DNA of 64,000 bases, taken from assembly GCA_905178155.1 (NCBI GenBank), contig CAJINV010000006.1, positions 3,712,255 to 3,776,254 on the forward strand. Direction: 5' to 3'. The translations under genes and the position numbers were made by a program. Shown here piece by piece: positions 38,296 through 52,016 of this stretch (position 1 is the first letter of the stretch; the number at the start of each line of letters is the position of its first letter). A model generated the notes under the pieces. That model saw only the letters and a list, made by a program, of their open reading frames with translations. It ran no database searches and was not told the origin of the DNA. Source of the DNA: Amoebophrya sp. A120. Its lineage: Eukaryota > Protista > Dinoflagellata.

Positions 38296-39670
38296 GGTCG
38301 TCCTGGTCGTGTCGCTTGCGCTAGCAAGATGAATTATGGAAAAGGAACAGCGCGTCGTCCTTTTCGCGAAAAAATCTTCCTCCTGTGGTACCGTGGAATA
38401 AACGTATTCCACGTGGTCTTCACTTAAGTCGTTCTTGTTCCGGCTGCATCTTCCTGATGCGCGTCGTCATAATTGTGATGTGCCATTCAACTGCTTGCGG
38501 AGCTGCACATGATTCACGACGGCGTCATCTTCGCATCATCGTGGTCTTTTGGTTCTAAATAAAAACCTTTCCACGCCACTATATGTTCTTGCTCTTCTTC
38601 TTTATTTTTCTGCCGTCCAATAAATACAGACTCAGTTCCTTTTTTGCATCTCACGAAGAGACAAAGACAGTTGACTTAAGAGACGACAATAGCTGTAATA
38701 AAAGAACGGGAAGAGGAAGATGCGACCTTGTGATCATCGCACCTCTTGATAGGGCCGTTGGCGTTGGTGAAGTCGTTTACTTACTTGCCATCGTCTACTT
38801 GTACTTCTGTAATCTCCTGATTCATTTTTTGAAGCCAGAGCCGCACCACAACTATCGGTACCACTTTCATGGACAAATGTTACACTTACAAATTGCACGA
38901 CATTCTGGCACCAACTCCGAAAGGAGGACGAAAATAATCGGCCCGCAGAGAGATGAGGATGACCACCCCGAGCAGTGACAGACACTAGAGCCACCAAGAA
39001 CAAACGCAAGACTAGAAAAGAGTTGAAGTTGTTTTTTGATGTGACGACCAAAAACATTTCGTCCTCGTCGAAATTTATTTTTGGTACAACATCGTACAAT
39101 ATTCAAACTGCTGTTTTTTCTTTTTTGGTACAGGTACTACTTTCAGGGCGAATTTCGTTCGATTTTTCTTCTGCTTGAGAGGTTGGTACGCAGAAGCACT
39201 TCGAGCGTATATAACTCAAGTAGGTACATATAAAGTTCTTTTTCAATCACCGGCCTAGTACTACTACTAGTTCCGGTGTACGGACAAATTTTTTTAGGTC
39301 GTTTTGTTCGTAAGTTATTTTTCGGGTTCGGGTCCTTGTCCTAGACGCGGAGGTGAAACTAGAACTACAGAAGTAAGGCGCACCTGATTTGATGAGTAGC
39401 AGAATCTTCTGTACTCAAATTTCATCAAACTGCAGGATATCTTCTGGGTCGTTTGTCTCTACAACTGTCGAGAAGAGGAGGCACTAGATATGATGTAAAG
39501 ACCACACTGAGCTTATTTTTGGTGGTGAAACTCGATAGGTTTAGGTGGTGGAAAGAGGACATACAGATAGTATTTTCCGTATTAATCCGTAAATTTTGCA
39601 TTTTATTTTTTTTCGTCTCAATAATACAACTTGACTTCACAGTGCGGTCCTCCTCGTCCTGCTGAGCACT

Positions 39671-39950
39671 TATCCTGAGTAAAAACGTACCCACGCCAGA
39701 GTTGTAATGCAAATCTGCATGCTGAAAATGTTTCTCATGCGGAGCTCCATGAGAAGCATTTTCTAGTCGTGTTTTGCAATTTGTCATGCTCCAATCAGCA
39801 TGGTATTCTAGATCTGTGATGCTGCTGAGCTAGCTGAAACAGCACTATACTACGAATCCAAATTTGTCATGCAAAAAAGCCAAAACTCGTGGATTTGTCT
39901 AGCCGATTCCCCATCTTGACTCTGGTGTGGGTACGTTTTTACTCAGGATA
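39671..39950. mobile_element. Introner, family C, just downstream of the EF-hand gene stop
   Basis: TATCCTGAGTAAAAACGTACCCAC TIR; DR gcact. Confidence 0.92.
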
Positions 39951-39965
39951 GCACTGACTCTTTGT

Positions 39966-41657
39966 TCATTTTACATGCGCGATTTCCGCATTGTTGGTTT
40001 GCTTCAGGCCCTCCACTTGGAACGAAAACGCCTATGAACTGCAAAAGTATCGCACTCGTATAAAAGCATTACAAATTTCCTCAGCATGAGAAATGAAATT
40101 TGTGATGCGAATGCACCTTAAGGAAAAGATTTGCAATGCATGACTGCAATACGAGTACGAAACTTTCGCACAGGATAACGCCATCCCCTCGTCAATGAAC
40201 TCGCCGATCTGTAATATGTTTTGGAGGTTTTTCGATTTGAAAATCTGTCATGCAGAACTTGGATATCAAACTGCATGCGCAATTCATGTCATGCATGAGA
40301 AAAAAAATTTTCTTTTCTATAGTACCTCGTCGTCCACATCTTGCTCTGTGTAGTCCCCCGTGCCGACTACGCGTTTGCTATTCTTCGAAAAAGTATCGTG
40401 TTTGTACTGATGATGTTGCAGGTTTTTACTTTTTCTTTTTGCTGCATGACAGAGAGATTTGGTCTCTTTCCTCATGAACTACCTGCTGAAACACATTGCA
40501 TCATCAAAATTTCTTGTGATGTTCTTAGGGTTATAGGACCACGAACAACTCCGTACTCGTACGTTACTTTTGCAATGCATATTTGAAATACAGCACCCAT
40601 TCGTCCTTACTTATCCTTCCATCGTTGTTCTCGTCCATATCGGAAAGCATCTTTTTCGCCGCAGCCCCGGAAAACCTTTGGAAGATATTGTTGGGTAGTT
40701 CAGCATGACAGGCCTTTTATTTCTGTATCCGAGCCTTGCATGACAAATTGTTCTTCATCGCGTCCAGCAAATTGTACCTTTTGAACACTTTCACTGCTTC
40801 GTCGATTTCTACTTCGCCACTGCCGTTTTCTATCCAACAGAAAAGCCGCTTCTTGATCTTGCCTACCAATAGCAATACCAACCTCCCGTCGTCAGAATTC
40901 AGATACTAGTTGTAGTTGTGCTTGCCTATGTATTATAATACAGAAATCATGACGAAACATCGAACAGCAGCGGCTTCTGATGTAGTTAGTGTTTGCGTTT
41001 GTCTTTGTTTCCCCTGAGCAGGGGCAAATGTATTTTGTCCTGGTGTAGTTCTTGGAGGTTGATGCAAGCAGAACCAGGTCGACGACGAGCATGGTAAGAC
41101 TAAGATGTATGTAGCAATCAAGCGACTTATCTGAAAATCTGTTGTGGATATCCTTGTCGATTTTTTTGAAGCTTTCTTCAATCTTCGCGACCAGTGCCGC
41201 GGGCTATGAGAGCGCACAACTCCCGTCCCTCTTTGCATCACAAATTGAAATTCTAGAACAACAAGGCCAAACAGTACTAGAGTCAACCACGCATGATGAA
41301 GTTGTCATGCACAACATCCATCTGTATTGGTGTTTGTATTGCTCCCCATGATGCCCTCCAAATGAGGGGGTGGGCGAGTACGGGTTGTGCACTCTCATAC
41401 GGACAGCTCGGTTTGCTTGATTGTCGACCGGTCGACTTCCGTATCCTGTGCAAAAGTATCGTACTCGTACTCGTAGTAATTGCAACCATGCATTACAAAT
41501 CTCCATCGCAAGGTAAAACAGCATGACAAATTCTCTTTGTCGTGCTGAGCTAACTTGTATTGCAATAACTACTAGTACGATACAACTTTTGGAGTTCATA
41601 TTCCGAAGCGCGCAAAGCTGGCTTGGAGCTACCGCAACAGCGCAACAACAAGGCCAT
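39966..41657 (-). CDS. Small two-EF-hand calcium-binding protein
   Basis: MALLLRCCGSSK... with EF loops DKDGSGEVEIDE and DENNDGRISKDE; stop 39966-39968. Introners 41442-41600, 41205-41399, 40831-41150, 40379-40581, 40033-40177. GT-AG introns 40676-40777 and 40209-40325. Confidence 0.82.
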
Positions 41658-42674
41658 ATTGGACGCAGCTTCTACAACTACTTCAAATTAGCGTTAACAC
41701 GGTTAGGTCCTCTGGTGAATTTGAAGGATCTTCGCTAAGATGGTACTCCACGTCGACAACTACAATGCTCTCATACATAAGTAGTACCACAACTACCGCA
41801 GCTCTCCATTCTTCTCTACAACTCCTTCCACTCACTACTTGCTCGTTGCAGGAAAAGTCGTCGCTGCTTCGTCTCGCCTCACCCGATTCGACTCTCGTCG
41901 AGAAAAATAAGCAGCGATCACGCTCGAAAAGAAGGAGTGCCATAATTGCACTTCGATCGGAATCGAATCTTCCAAATTACGCGAAATAAACACGAACTCT
42001 CAACAAGATCGAACGATTGGCCCAAGAATTGAGACACGCAGCCTGCTCATGCCCTTTGATAGTTTATTTCAGCACCTTTGTTTTTTTTCAAAATCTCGTC
42101 GTGTCGACCGGTGTGTAACTGTAGCCTGGTCTGCAAAATGTTGATGCTTTTATTTTTACGCGGGGGCAAGCTACAAATTCTGTGCTTCTTTTTGGTCGTG
42201 GTCGAGCCTACTTGAACTTGATGTTCTGGGATTACTATATTGGCACTGTCTACTGTTATCGTTCTTAGAGATTTAATTATGTAGCCCTTCTTCTTGATGC
42301 AACTGATGACATCTTTTCTATGGGGGGAGAAATTTGACTGCTTCTCTAATGTATGAGACACCAAAGCTGCCACGCTTATTGGATAAACAAGCGCTAGGAC
42401 GACAGCTATGCGCGCCGCTCAGATGCGTTTTTATGTAGTAGAGCAAATCGTCTACGTCTTTTCTTATTGATGAAGCTGATAAACGTAAAGAAAAAGATTA
42501 AGGTTTTTTCATATAGTACAAGAAATTTGAAATACAGGAAAATAAACATGCAGTAACGAATGTAGATGAGCCTTGCTCACCTCATCAAGGCTTTGATACG
42601 AGTGCAACGACTAGACTACTGACTCTGCTCCCCACTAGAAGTTGTCGTTGTTTCCATCTTCAGCCGTGGTCTCT

Positions 42675-45153
42675 TCACACCATTTCCTCGCCTCCGCTGG
42701 TGGAGAATCCTTGGTCTTCTTCCGTGTCGCTGGCAACAAGCGCGCTGGGTCCCCGCCTGCCAGCTTATGATAAGGCACAACCCCCCCTCCCCCTCATTCG
42801 TATAGCATGAACGGCAGTAGAAGCTTCAGAAAGAGTGCCGGTTTTGCATGACAAATTTGTCCAGGAGTGCAGTTTGGGCTTCCGGAGTTTGTCATGCAAG
42901 CAGTGCCAAGAGGCAAAGCCTGGATTTGGTATTTTGCATGACAAATGAGGGGGACGAGGGGAAGTTGTCCACTGTCATACAGCAACGTAATTGTTCAGAA
43001 TGTGGGAGTCGTCGTAAAACTGCATGATGTTCTATGACGGGAGAAAGTGTTACCGTTAACGGAATCTAGCATGCAGAAATGCATGAGAAACGGCGGCCAA
43101 GCGACCAAATTTGTATTGCATAGCACGCACGATAGCAAAAATGTGTCATGCATCACTGCGATGCCTCAAGAACAAAACCGCTAGCGTTAACACTTTTTTG
43201 CTTGATATGTTCGACTTCTTCTGCGCAGGAGTCGCACCCGTTGCATCCCCAGCAGTGGTCCCAGCTTGTCCTACCGATTTCTTGCCCGCCATTGCGTTCG
43301 TGGCCCTGCTAGTACTAGAGGCAGCAGCCGGCGCAAAACCCTGCAGCACGGCCGCGCTCTCACCACCTCCTGCGCCAGGGGGCGCTGCGTTGGCGGCGGA
43401 AGCCCGAAGGGCGACGGTCTGCTGCTTGGTGGTGCGGGTGCCGGGCTTATCAAAATGAAAAATCCCCCCTCCCCATATCGAAACGAAGTCTGTGATGCTG
43501 GATTTGCGTACACAAATCAGATTTGTTTTGCTGAAGAAGACTGCAGGCCCGCGCCAAGCCTAAGTAGAGCGGTTTTGGTCTAGGCGCTCAGCATGGGAAA
43601 CGTCTGCGCTGGAGGCCTAACAGCATCACAAACCGCCTGCATAATGTATGCGGCGGTTGTCTGTGGAGTTGCCTTTTTGCAAGACAGAGATGATTTGTGA
43701 CCCCAAAAAATCAGCATTGCAAATTCTCTGCGACGTACTACTTTTTCGATATGGGGACGTCGGGGGATTTTTCCTCACAATAGGGTTCCTGCACGTTCGA
43801 CTTGTAGATCGCAGCCAGTTATCAAATGTAAAAATGTCTGGGGCTGGAAGATATTGAAACTTGTCATGCACGTTTTGCCTGGGCCACGATGTCTGTGATG
43901 CATGCCCTAGCATCACAGACTTTTTGAGGGCTTCGTGATACCTATTCCGCATGACAAATGCCCTCTCCGCGTAGCCAAAATTGCATTCCCTTTGCTGCTC
44001 ATGCAATGCAGATTTTTTTAGAATCCAAATGCAGCATCACAAGTTCGCACTCTTCCAGACCCAGTAGACATTTTTACGTTTGATACCAGTCCTCCCGCTT
44101 CCTCCCCGACCGGGTACTGCTGTGCTTCTGCAGCGTATCCAAGAAAAAAACTGTGTGAGTGATGTAGTAGGTGTTCTGCATGACAGAGAAGTCCTGTCAT
44201 GCACAGCTAGTACGTGAAATATAAAAAATCGCTCGGAATAACAGGACACTATGGCTGGCCAGCATCACATGTGAAAGTTGTGTTACGTACTTATGCATTA
44301 CAGATACAGACTTACACTTTACACAATTTTGCTTCTTGGATACAGCGGAGGGGTTTGCCGGGTAGGCCGCTGCGTAGTTGTCGTACCCCTGATCCTGACT
44401 CAGATGCTCGTTGATGTTGTAAAAGTTCGGCTGCGGAGGCTGAGGTCCACCCTTGCCCATGGCGCCGTAGGCGTTCATGTTCATCATGTTCACGTTACCT
44501 CCGGGCATTTGCTGCATCTCGCCGGCCATTTTTTGCTTTTTGTACCATTCATACTTGGCCTTCTCCTTCAGAAAAAGCTTCTTGCTCTCGGCCTCGTCGT
44601 CCGCCGCGGCTTTGCCGCCCGTCGCGACATAGATGCCGTACCCAATCACACCAATGATCAGAGCGACCTGATAAGGTAGGTAGGTTTTCGATGCTATTCA
44701 TACTCTGCATTACAAATGCTATAATTCGCAACAAGGCAAATCCGCATTACAAACGGTTGCATCTTTCATGCTAAGAAAATTATTTGTCATGCGATTTATA
44801 CTTAGTACGATACAACTACTTCTTTTGCGATGCATAGATGAGTTTGTCATGCGGTTTGAGGAATTATGTCGTGAAATAAAAAAGCCTAGTAAAAATATTA
44901 TTACCTCACCCACCACCGCGGAGTACACCAAAAAAGTGATTGCCCAAACCCACTCCTGGTTCCCCACCTTCACTTCCATGGGAGCGACGATCCGAATGTC
45001 CATCCCGTTGAGAATTTTCTCCTTGTTCGCGGCATTTTGGTTTTCCCCGATCCTCCCGACCTTGCCGTGCTCATCAACCCCCTCGACCACGCCCGGAGCG
45101 AGCGCGAGGAGGAGAAAAGTTAGGGGGAGAGCTAGGGCGTAGAGGTTGGTCAT
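42675..45153 (-). CDS. Hypothetical signal-peptide plus transmembrane protein with low-complexity tail
   Basis: MTNLYALALPLTFLLLALAP; TM WVWAITFLVYSAVVGE-VALIIGVIGYGIYV. GT-AG intron 44668-44904. Introners 44136-44342, 43820-44085, 43448-43782, 43033-43207, 42766-42979 (not every junction frame was checked). Confidence 0.7.
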
Positions 45154-46952
45154 CACGACCCGGACCTGCTGTTTTGATGTTGACAGGCAGATTAACATCC
45201 TGCTTGTTTTCTCTTGCTAAATTTTTAAAGCAGAGAGCTCTAGTTGTACTGCGTTTATTTCAGAGTGGAAAATGATGTATAAAGTGATGTACTAAAATTT
45301 CGAATAGTAAGGACGACCAGTAGTCTTGTGCGGGGCATAAGATAAGGAAGTTATGTCTTATTATTTCAAGTGGTTTTTACGCTATGTTTTTCTTTGCGGT
45401 ATCAAAACTGTTCGGCATTTTGAAACACCACCGGGGAAGGCGGCATTATAATTCCTGGAAGGATGAGGGAGAAAGAAGCCGAGTGAGTGAAGAAGTTGTA
45501 ATGCAGATGCAGAAGAAGACGCGTTGTCGTGCGTCGTGTGCCGGAGCACAGCACCACGATAAACATAGTACAGCGACCATATGAAATAAACAGAGAAGCA
45601 GGACGATGAAGTAGAACGAAGGTGCTTTTATTTGCGCTGGCCGTTCTGGAGGAAGCACGAGGACTAGATTGATGTTGTACGGCCGCTGCGGCTCTTGCGA
45701 GAGAACGAGAAATACGACAGGTACGACCAACCGACAAGAACCACGACACAGTAATTAATACGAGGACACGACGACAGAGAAGCCGACTTCGGAATGAACG
45801 AACGAAGAGCTAACAAACCGACTGCGATTACATTCTAAAAGCTCATGTTGGACGAGAACCGATACATTTATCCAAAAATCTTCCGAAATAGAAAGGTGAT
45901 GTGGTGGACGCCTTATAATAGAGGGACAGGGGTAGGCTACAGCAAGCAGATTTAGTCCTCTTTTCAGGCTAGACGAAGTAGACAAAAGGAAAGCTTCACG
46001 CTGCACAACATGCTGAGTGTGATGTCAGGCACCAGTGATCTTCAATCGCCGACGACTGTGGAAAAGCCCTTCTTTTTCGTGCAACACTTAATGTTTTTTC
46101 GTGCGGGGAAGAGGTGTTCGTTGCAAGAGGGATGATAATTATATCAAGCAGATCCTAGTACTCCCGGGGGGCGTTACAGATGAAGACATAAACAAACAGC
46201 ATGTCCTTGCTCAGTTCTAGTTCGGATGTCGGCGAGAGGGGGCTGCTGATTGCACACATGCGACAAGTGCAAGGCCGCGGGGATGGCAAATTTAAAAATG
46301 CACAGGAGATGGATAAAATAGCAGGGGCAGTAGAAAGAGAATAGTGAAAACATGTAACAAACCGCAAATAAATGGGTGTGAAGTGAACTCGAGCAACTTC
46401 TAGAAAAAGGGCAACATTGAAAAACGAATAGCAACAAGGGGGCTGCTCGACTGAAAGGCTATTTCAGATCGTGACTTCATTTCTTCAACAAGCATCAGTC
46501 GGAGTAGAAGTTCGATTTCATCGGCGATACTAGGACGAGGGCCGTCGAAAAACAAATCCCCTGTTGAAAACGTCCCTAGTACCACTCTGTGACATGTGCA
46601 ATTTGGAAAAATTATGTCGCGCCAGTACCTTCCTGGGTTGTAAAAGCAAAATGCCTACACTCCAAAGCAGAGTCAGGCAGTACAACCGCTTCACATCTTC
46701 ATTCGTCCACCCACTCTCCGACCTCGTGGAGGCTTGGCCGCTGCGTCTGGATTATGAAACGGAAAAAATTCTTGTCTAGTTCTTGTTCACTAGGAGGCTC
46801 TATTAAACTACAGGGAGGGGAAGCTGGAATACAAATTCAATGTTGTAGTCGATGTTGATGCTGCACGAGGAAGATCACGACTTTATTAATCATGACAGAA
46901 CCACAGACATGACAAGAAAGCCTCCCCGTGTTCAACTTCGCCTGGCGACGAT

Positions 46953-49900
46953 TCAAGAATTCGAAAAATTTTGCTCTATCGTACTCCCAACCAGGGCAGA
47001 GTGGGTCATCGAGACGGGTGAGGGAGTTCTTGACCGCGATTTCGGCACTACAGTAGATTGCATTTGCGACAGCTTCGTCCCGTATCCTGTGCAAAAGTAT
47101 CGCACTCGTCGTAATTGCATTTATGCATTACAAATCTCCGTCGCAAGGTAGATCAGCATGACAAATTCCATTTCTAATGCTAAGCGAATTTGTAATGCAT
47201 GCTATACTAGTGCGATGCTTTTGCATTGCATATCCCGGCAGCAGGCACCATAGAAGCGTTGTACGTACTCACCGGAGCGGCGGCAGAAGACGGCGGCTGT
47301 GCGTGCTGTGGCGCTCCTGATCGGCGGCCCCTCTGTTGCAGCCGCTGCTCGGGACCACCAGTACCCGACTGCGGCTTCTTGTTCGACGCAGAGGGGGCGG
47401 CTGTTGTGGTGCCGGCACCTCCAGAAGGTAAATTGTAGTAAAGCTCCGGTTCTTCTTTTTGTAGTGCCTCGACCGAAAAGAAATTGGTTGCCATGGTGGT
47501 GGTTGGTAACAAGTTCTTGTGTTGTTCTTGCTGTTCTTCAAGCACAGTGGGCGGCCCTGCTCCGCCGACCGACATCAAGATCAAGTTGGTTTCTTGCGAG
47601 GTCGTGGGCAGAATCGTTTTGGTCTGCATCTGCAAGGCAGCGCTAGACCGAGGAAGGTGGTCCTGTTGTTGAGATGATGGCGCGACAAGTGTGATCCTGA
47701 GTAAAAACGTACCCACCCCAGAGTTGTCATGCAGACTTGCCATGACAGGAACATTTGTGATGCGCAACCCCATGACAGGCATTTTCAATCGTGTTTGGGA
47801 ACTTGTAATGCTGTAAACAGGATCAGAAGGCCGATTTGTGACGCGGCTTTCCTTCCTAACTTGCACTACCTTACGGACTGAAACTTGTCATGCGTGACTC
47901 ACAAAACTCCTAGGTTTGTGTTGCAAAATCCCCATGCTGACTCTGGTGTGGGTACGTTTTTACTCAGGATAAGTGTCCTTGGTGGCGAGCGAGGCGGTGG
48001 ACCAGCGGGGTCTTGTGCGTTCTCTTTGCGGAATGTTTCTACGTCCTCCGATATCAGATGTAAAAATGTTTGGGTCTGGAAATTTGTAAATCTAAATGCT
48101 AAAAGTGAATGGGACGAGTTCCACTGCAATACGGAGCCAAGCATGACAAATTTTTGGGCTCCTACGTGTTGCGTGTTCCGCATGGCAAACTGCGTTTTTG
48201 CATGACAGGTAAGAGGACAGCTTTGTGCCCATGCATCACAGATTCTTGAGCCATGTCGGACATGCATGACAAATGTAGCAATCTTCCAGACCCAGACATT
48301 TTTACATTTGATATCCGAAGTGAAACGCTTCGTCTTCATCGGGGCCTGTCGCGGCTCGAGTTTTATTACGTCGAGACTTGATGTCGTTTCCACGTGGTCC
48401 TGCGGACTTGTTCTTCGAAACGGTGTTGCATAAAAATTTTTGTCCTCGCCCGCATTTGACGCCGCAGAACCAGGATGGTGGAGGTCGTGGTCTCTTTTCA
48501 GTATGTGCGTACGGTCTACACCCGCGGCCTCAGTAATAGACGATCTCATGCTATCAACTGTGCAAATGTCTGGGTCTGGAAGAATCCAACTTGTCATGCT
48601 GATTTTGGATTCTAAAAAAATCTGTATTGCATGAGCAGCAAAGAGAGTCCAAGTTTTGCTACACGGAAAGAGCATTTGTCATGCGGTTTAGGCATCGGGA
48701 AGCCCTCGCAAATCTGTGATGCTAGGGCATGCATCACAGACATCAGGAGTCATGCAAAATGTGCATGGCAAACCTGGCAATCTTCCAGACCCAGACATTT
48801 TTACATTTGATACATGCCCGCCCCAAAGGACGCACTGATGTTGGCGTTTTGATTCTTATGCTCAGGAGGTGGGGAAGATCCACCCGCAAGAACCGGCGAT
48901 CCAGCGATGTTGTTGGCGATTCTGGGTGCAGCATTCAGGCCTGCTCCCGGATAGGCATAGTCACCTCCTGCAGCTTCGTAAAACAGCGGCACTGCAGCTG
49001 CACCGGCGGCTGTGGCAGGAGCTTCCTCTGTCGTTGTCGCACCACCAGGTTGCTGTGATCCTGATCCTGCGACTGTTCTTCCTGCTGCGACAGGAGCGCC
49101 TTCTTCAATCGGTTTTTCCGCCCACGTTCGTTTTTCCATCTTCTGCGCCACCCGCTTGTTTTCCATCTGCGCCACATATGGTGTTCTCAAACGTTACATT
49201 CTCAACTGTTACATGATTTGTCATGCAAAATGATCATCAAGATCCACACGATCAAGCTGCTTCGCATGACAAATTTGCGAATGGCTAAACAGCACCCGAA
49301 TCTGTTCGGAATTTGTAATGCTACAGATGCAACCTCCCCCCTCTCACTTTTCCCATTCTCGCATGACAAATCCATGTAACACTTGAGAATGTAACAGTTG
49401 AGAACGCCATACCACATGGGAAAAACTTTTGTTCCCTGCCACGTTAGCGCAACAGCCGCCCGGGGCGAAACTGCCGCAGAAATAGAGCAGCGCGAAAACC
49501 AACAATAAGATTTCGGACAAGACGATGGACCACAGGACGATCGTTAGGGAAAGCGACATATGAATTGCAAAAGTTGTATCCTCGTGCTCGTATAAACGCA
49601 TTACAAATTTCCTCAGCATGAGAAATAAAATTTGTAATGCTGATTTTGCTTAAGAAAAAGATTTGTGATGCATGATTGCAATACGAGCACGATTTACTTT
49701 TGCACAGGATACGACAACATGAAGGAAAAATTTTCCACCTGGACGTGCGCGATTTTGTCGATCGATTTAATGGAGTTGATGGTGTATGCATTGCAAATAT
49801 GTCTGGGTCTGGAAGAATGCCAGGTTTGTCGTCCACAGTGTGCATGACTCCTGAAGTCTGTGCTGCATGCCCTAGCATCACAGATTTTGTGAGGGCCTCG

Positions 49901-51097
49901 TCATACCTATACCGCATGAGAAATACCCCCTCGTCGTGACAAAAACTGGACCTCTTTTGCGGTTCACGCAATACAGATTTTTGTAGTATCCAGATGCAGC
50001 ATGACAAGTTGCAACCTTCGAGACGCAGACATTTTTGCATTTGATATGGTGCTGATAGTGCCGCTCGGGATAGAAGTCAAGGAAAACTCATCCTGCGCGG
50101 CATGATTTTCATCGGGGCTCAGGCTCCGCCTCTGAGCAGACGACGTTCGGCTCATGGTTTCTTGTGGATCATGTCCTCGTCCTCCGCTTTCGAGGTCGTT
50201 CATGTTGCGCGAGAACATCTTGCGCCACCATCTCGGCTTGTGGGTTTGCGGATCGTTGTTTTTCACCTTCTCTGCTTCGATAAAAGAAGAAGTGCTGGAG
50301 GAACTACTGCTGCTTCCACTGAGTTGTAGTTCCTGCAGATCATGATAGTCCTTCTCCTCGGGGGGTACAGCAATCGAACTACTGCTCAGGGCGTTTGGGA
50401 TTAGCCCAGCATCATGAGCAGAATGATCTTCCCCCTCTAGTTCATCTCCTTCGGGCGCGAAAATCTCGTGTAAAATTTCCTCCTTCAAGTCTTTGATCAA
50501 ACCCGCCAAGTCTGCTTTCGACAGGGTAATCAGTGTGTTTTCTGTTGCGATGTCACTTGCAGTTGAAGTTCTTCCTCTGGTCGCTCCTGCAGGTCGTGCT
50601 GTTTCTTGTTGCAAAAAAGTGTCGCTCTCGCTTTTGCTTTCCTCTACTTGATCTAAAGTTGTGGATCTTCCCGGAGAAACTTCGCCAGCTGGAGGTTGTG
50701 GAGATTCAGATTCTGGGGTTGTAGCCGTTGATACTACAATTTCTGCAGCTGTAGCTCTCGTCGCGGCCCCGCCCGACGTCGAGGACCCCATCTTCCCCAG
50801 GCTTCTCGCTGTTTTCACGACCGTGGCAGTTCTTGATCTTGAAGCGGAGGCATTCACCTTCTTTTTGCTCCTCTTCACGTCGTTGGTCTGTGATGATGTC
50901 GTCGCGAAGACCCTGTAGCCGTACACATTTTTAAGGGCCGCAACAGCGGCGGCATAGCGAATAAAAGCTGCGGGGCCACCACTTCTCCTTGTCATTGTCC
51001 GGGCAGAGCTTGTTCTTCCCCTGTAGTTTCTGTCCAATCGTGAAACTGCTGGAAGTGCTGCAACTCCACCCCCGCGGGAAGTAGAAAGTGACAACAT
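46953..51097 (-). CDS. Hypothetical membrane protein, low complexity; 7 introners
   Basis: Continuous frame after removing 49785-50046, 49559-49711, 49177-49411, 48552-48812, 48052-48313, 47693-47971, 47083-47232 (all with perfect 5-bp DRs). TM LSLTIVLWSIVLSEILLLVFALLYF. Start tentative. Confidence 0.75.
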
Positions 51098-52016
51098 GGA
51101 TTTCTTCCACAAGCAAGTATACGGTGTTTATGTGGTTGTACAGGTAGCACTAGTAGAAGTACCGCCACACGTAATCGCAACACACGGAATTTTTAACCCG
51201 AGCGCTCAATACGGGGAGAATAAAAATAAATCGGGATGTATTGGTAAAACTGGTGTCTTCATCGTGACCTGCACCTGCTGCCAATAAGCAGTACTAAATT
51301 TCTGATCGGAGATTAAGACAGGTTTATTTGCAACTTCTCAACGACAGATGAAAACAGATGGAGGCTCTTATTTAACGTAGGACTCAAGGACAACGACGTG
51401 AAAACGATGCACGATGCTGGGATTAGCGTCTGGACGATGAGAGCAGGTACGACCGATAGCAGCTACGTTTGCTTCTTGCGAGGTGGACGAAATGGAAGAG
51501 AACTAAACCGAAATATTGAGAGAACGAAATCAACATTAGCATTACCTTGTTTGCATCGCAGAACTTCTAAAGAGCGACCAACAGTTAGCAAAGTACGAGA
51601 AACCTGCTAAGGGCGACCGAAGAACAGATCAGGAAGTACAACAACTGACGCAACGGACGAAAACAAAACGACTCTTGACTTGTTCTGAAAACTAGACCAC
51701 TGCAAAGAGAAACCAAACGACTTCTTTATCAGAACACTTTCCGCAACATCTTGCAGCCACGACCTTCTCAACTCGAAAGGCAATTTTTTGTCTGCCAGTT
51801 ATAAACGGCTACTTTCATAATTGTAATTCCGTATTCTATCCCATAGAAGATGTCGCCATTGTTGATGTTGAGCTCAAAAGCAAAAGCTCGGAGTTCATTT
51901 TTTCGTTTTCCCGCTGCGTTTTTTGTGCTGATAGATATAGTACGGAAAGAAGTTTTTCGCTGTATTCTTGTTTTATCCGACAAACCTCTCGTACTCCTCA
52001 CACTCGCGTACTTTCA

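Noticed and set aside
46837-47094. Apparent Cys-rich (CHVC) C-terminal domain
   Set aside because: After introner removal the gene uses a different frame and stops at 46953.
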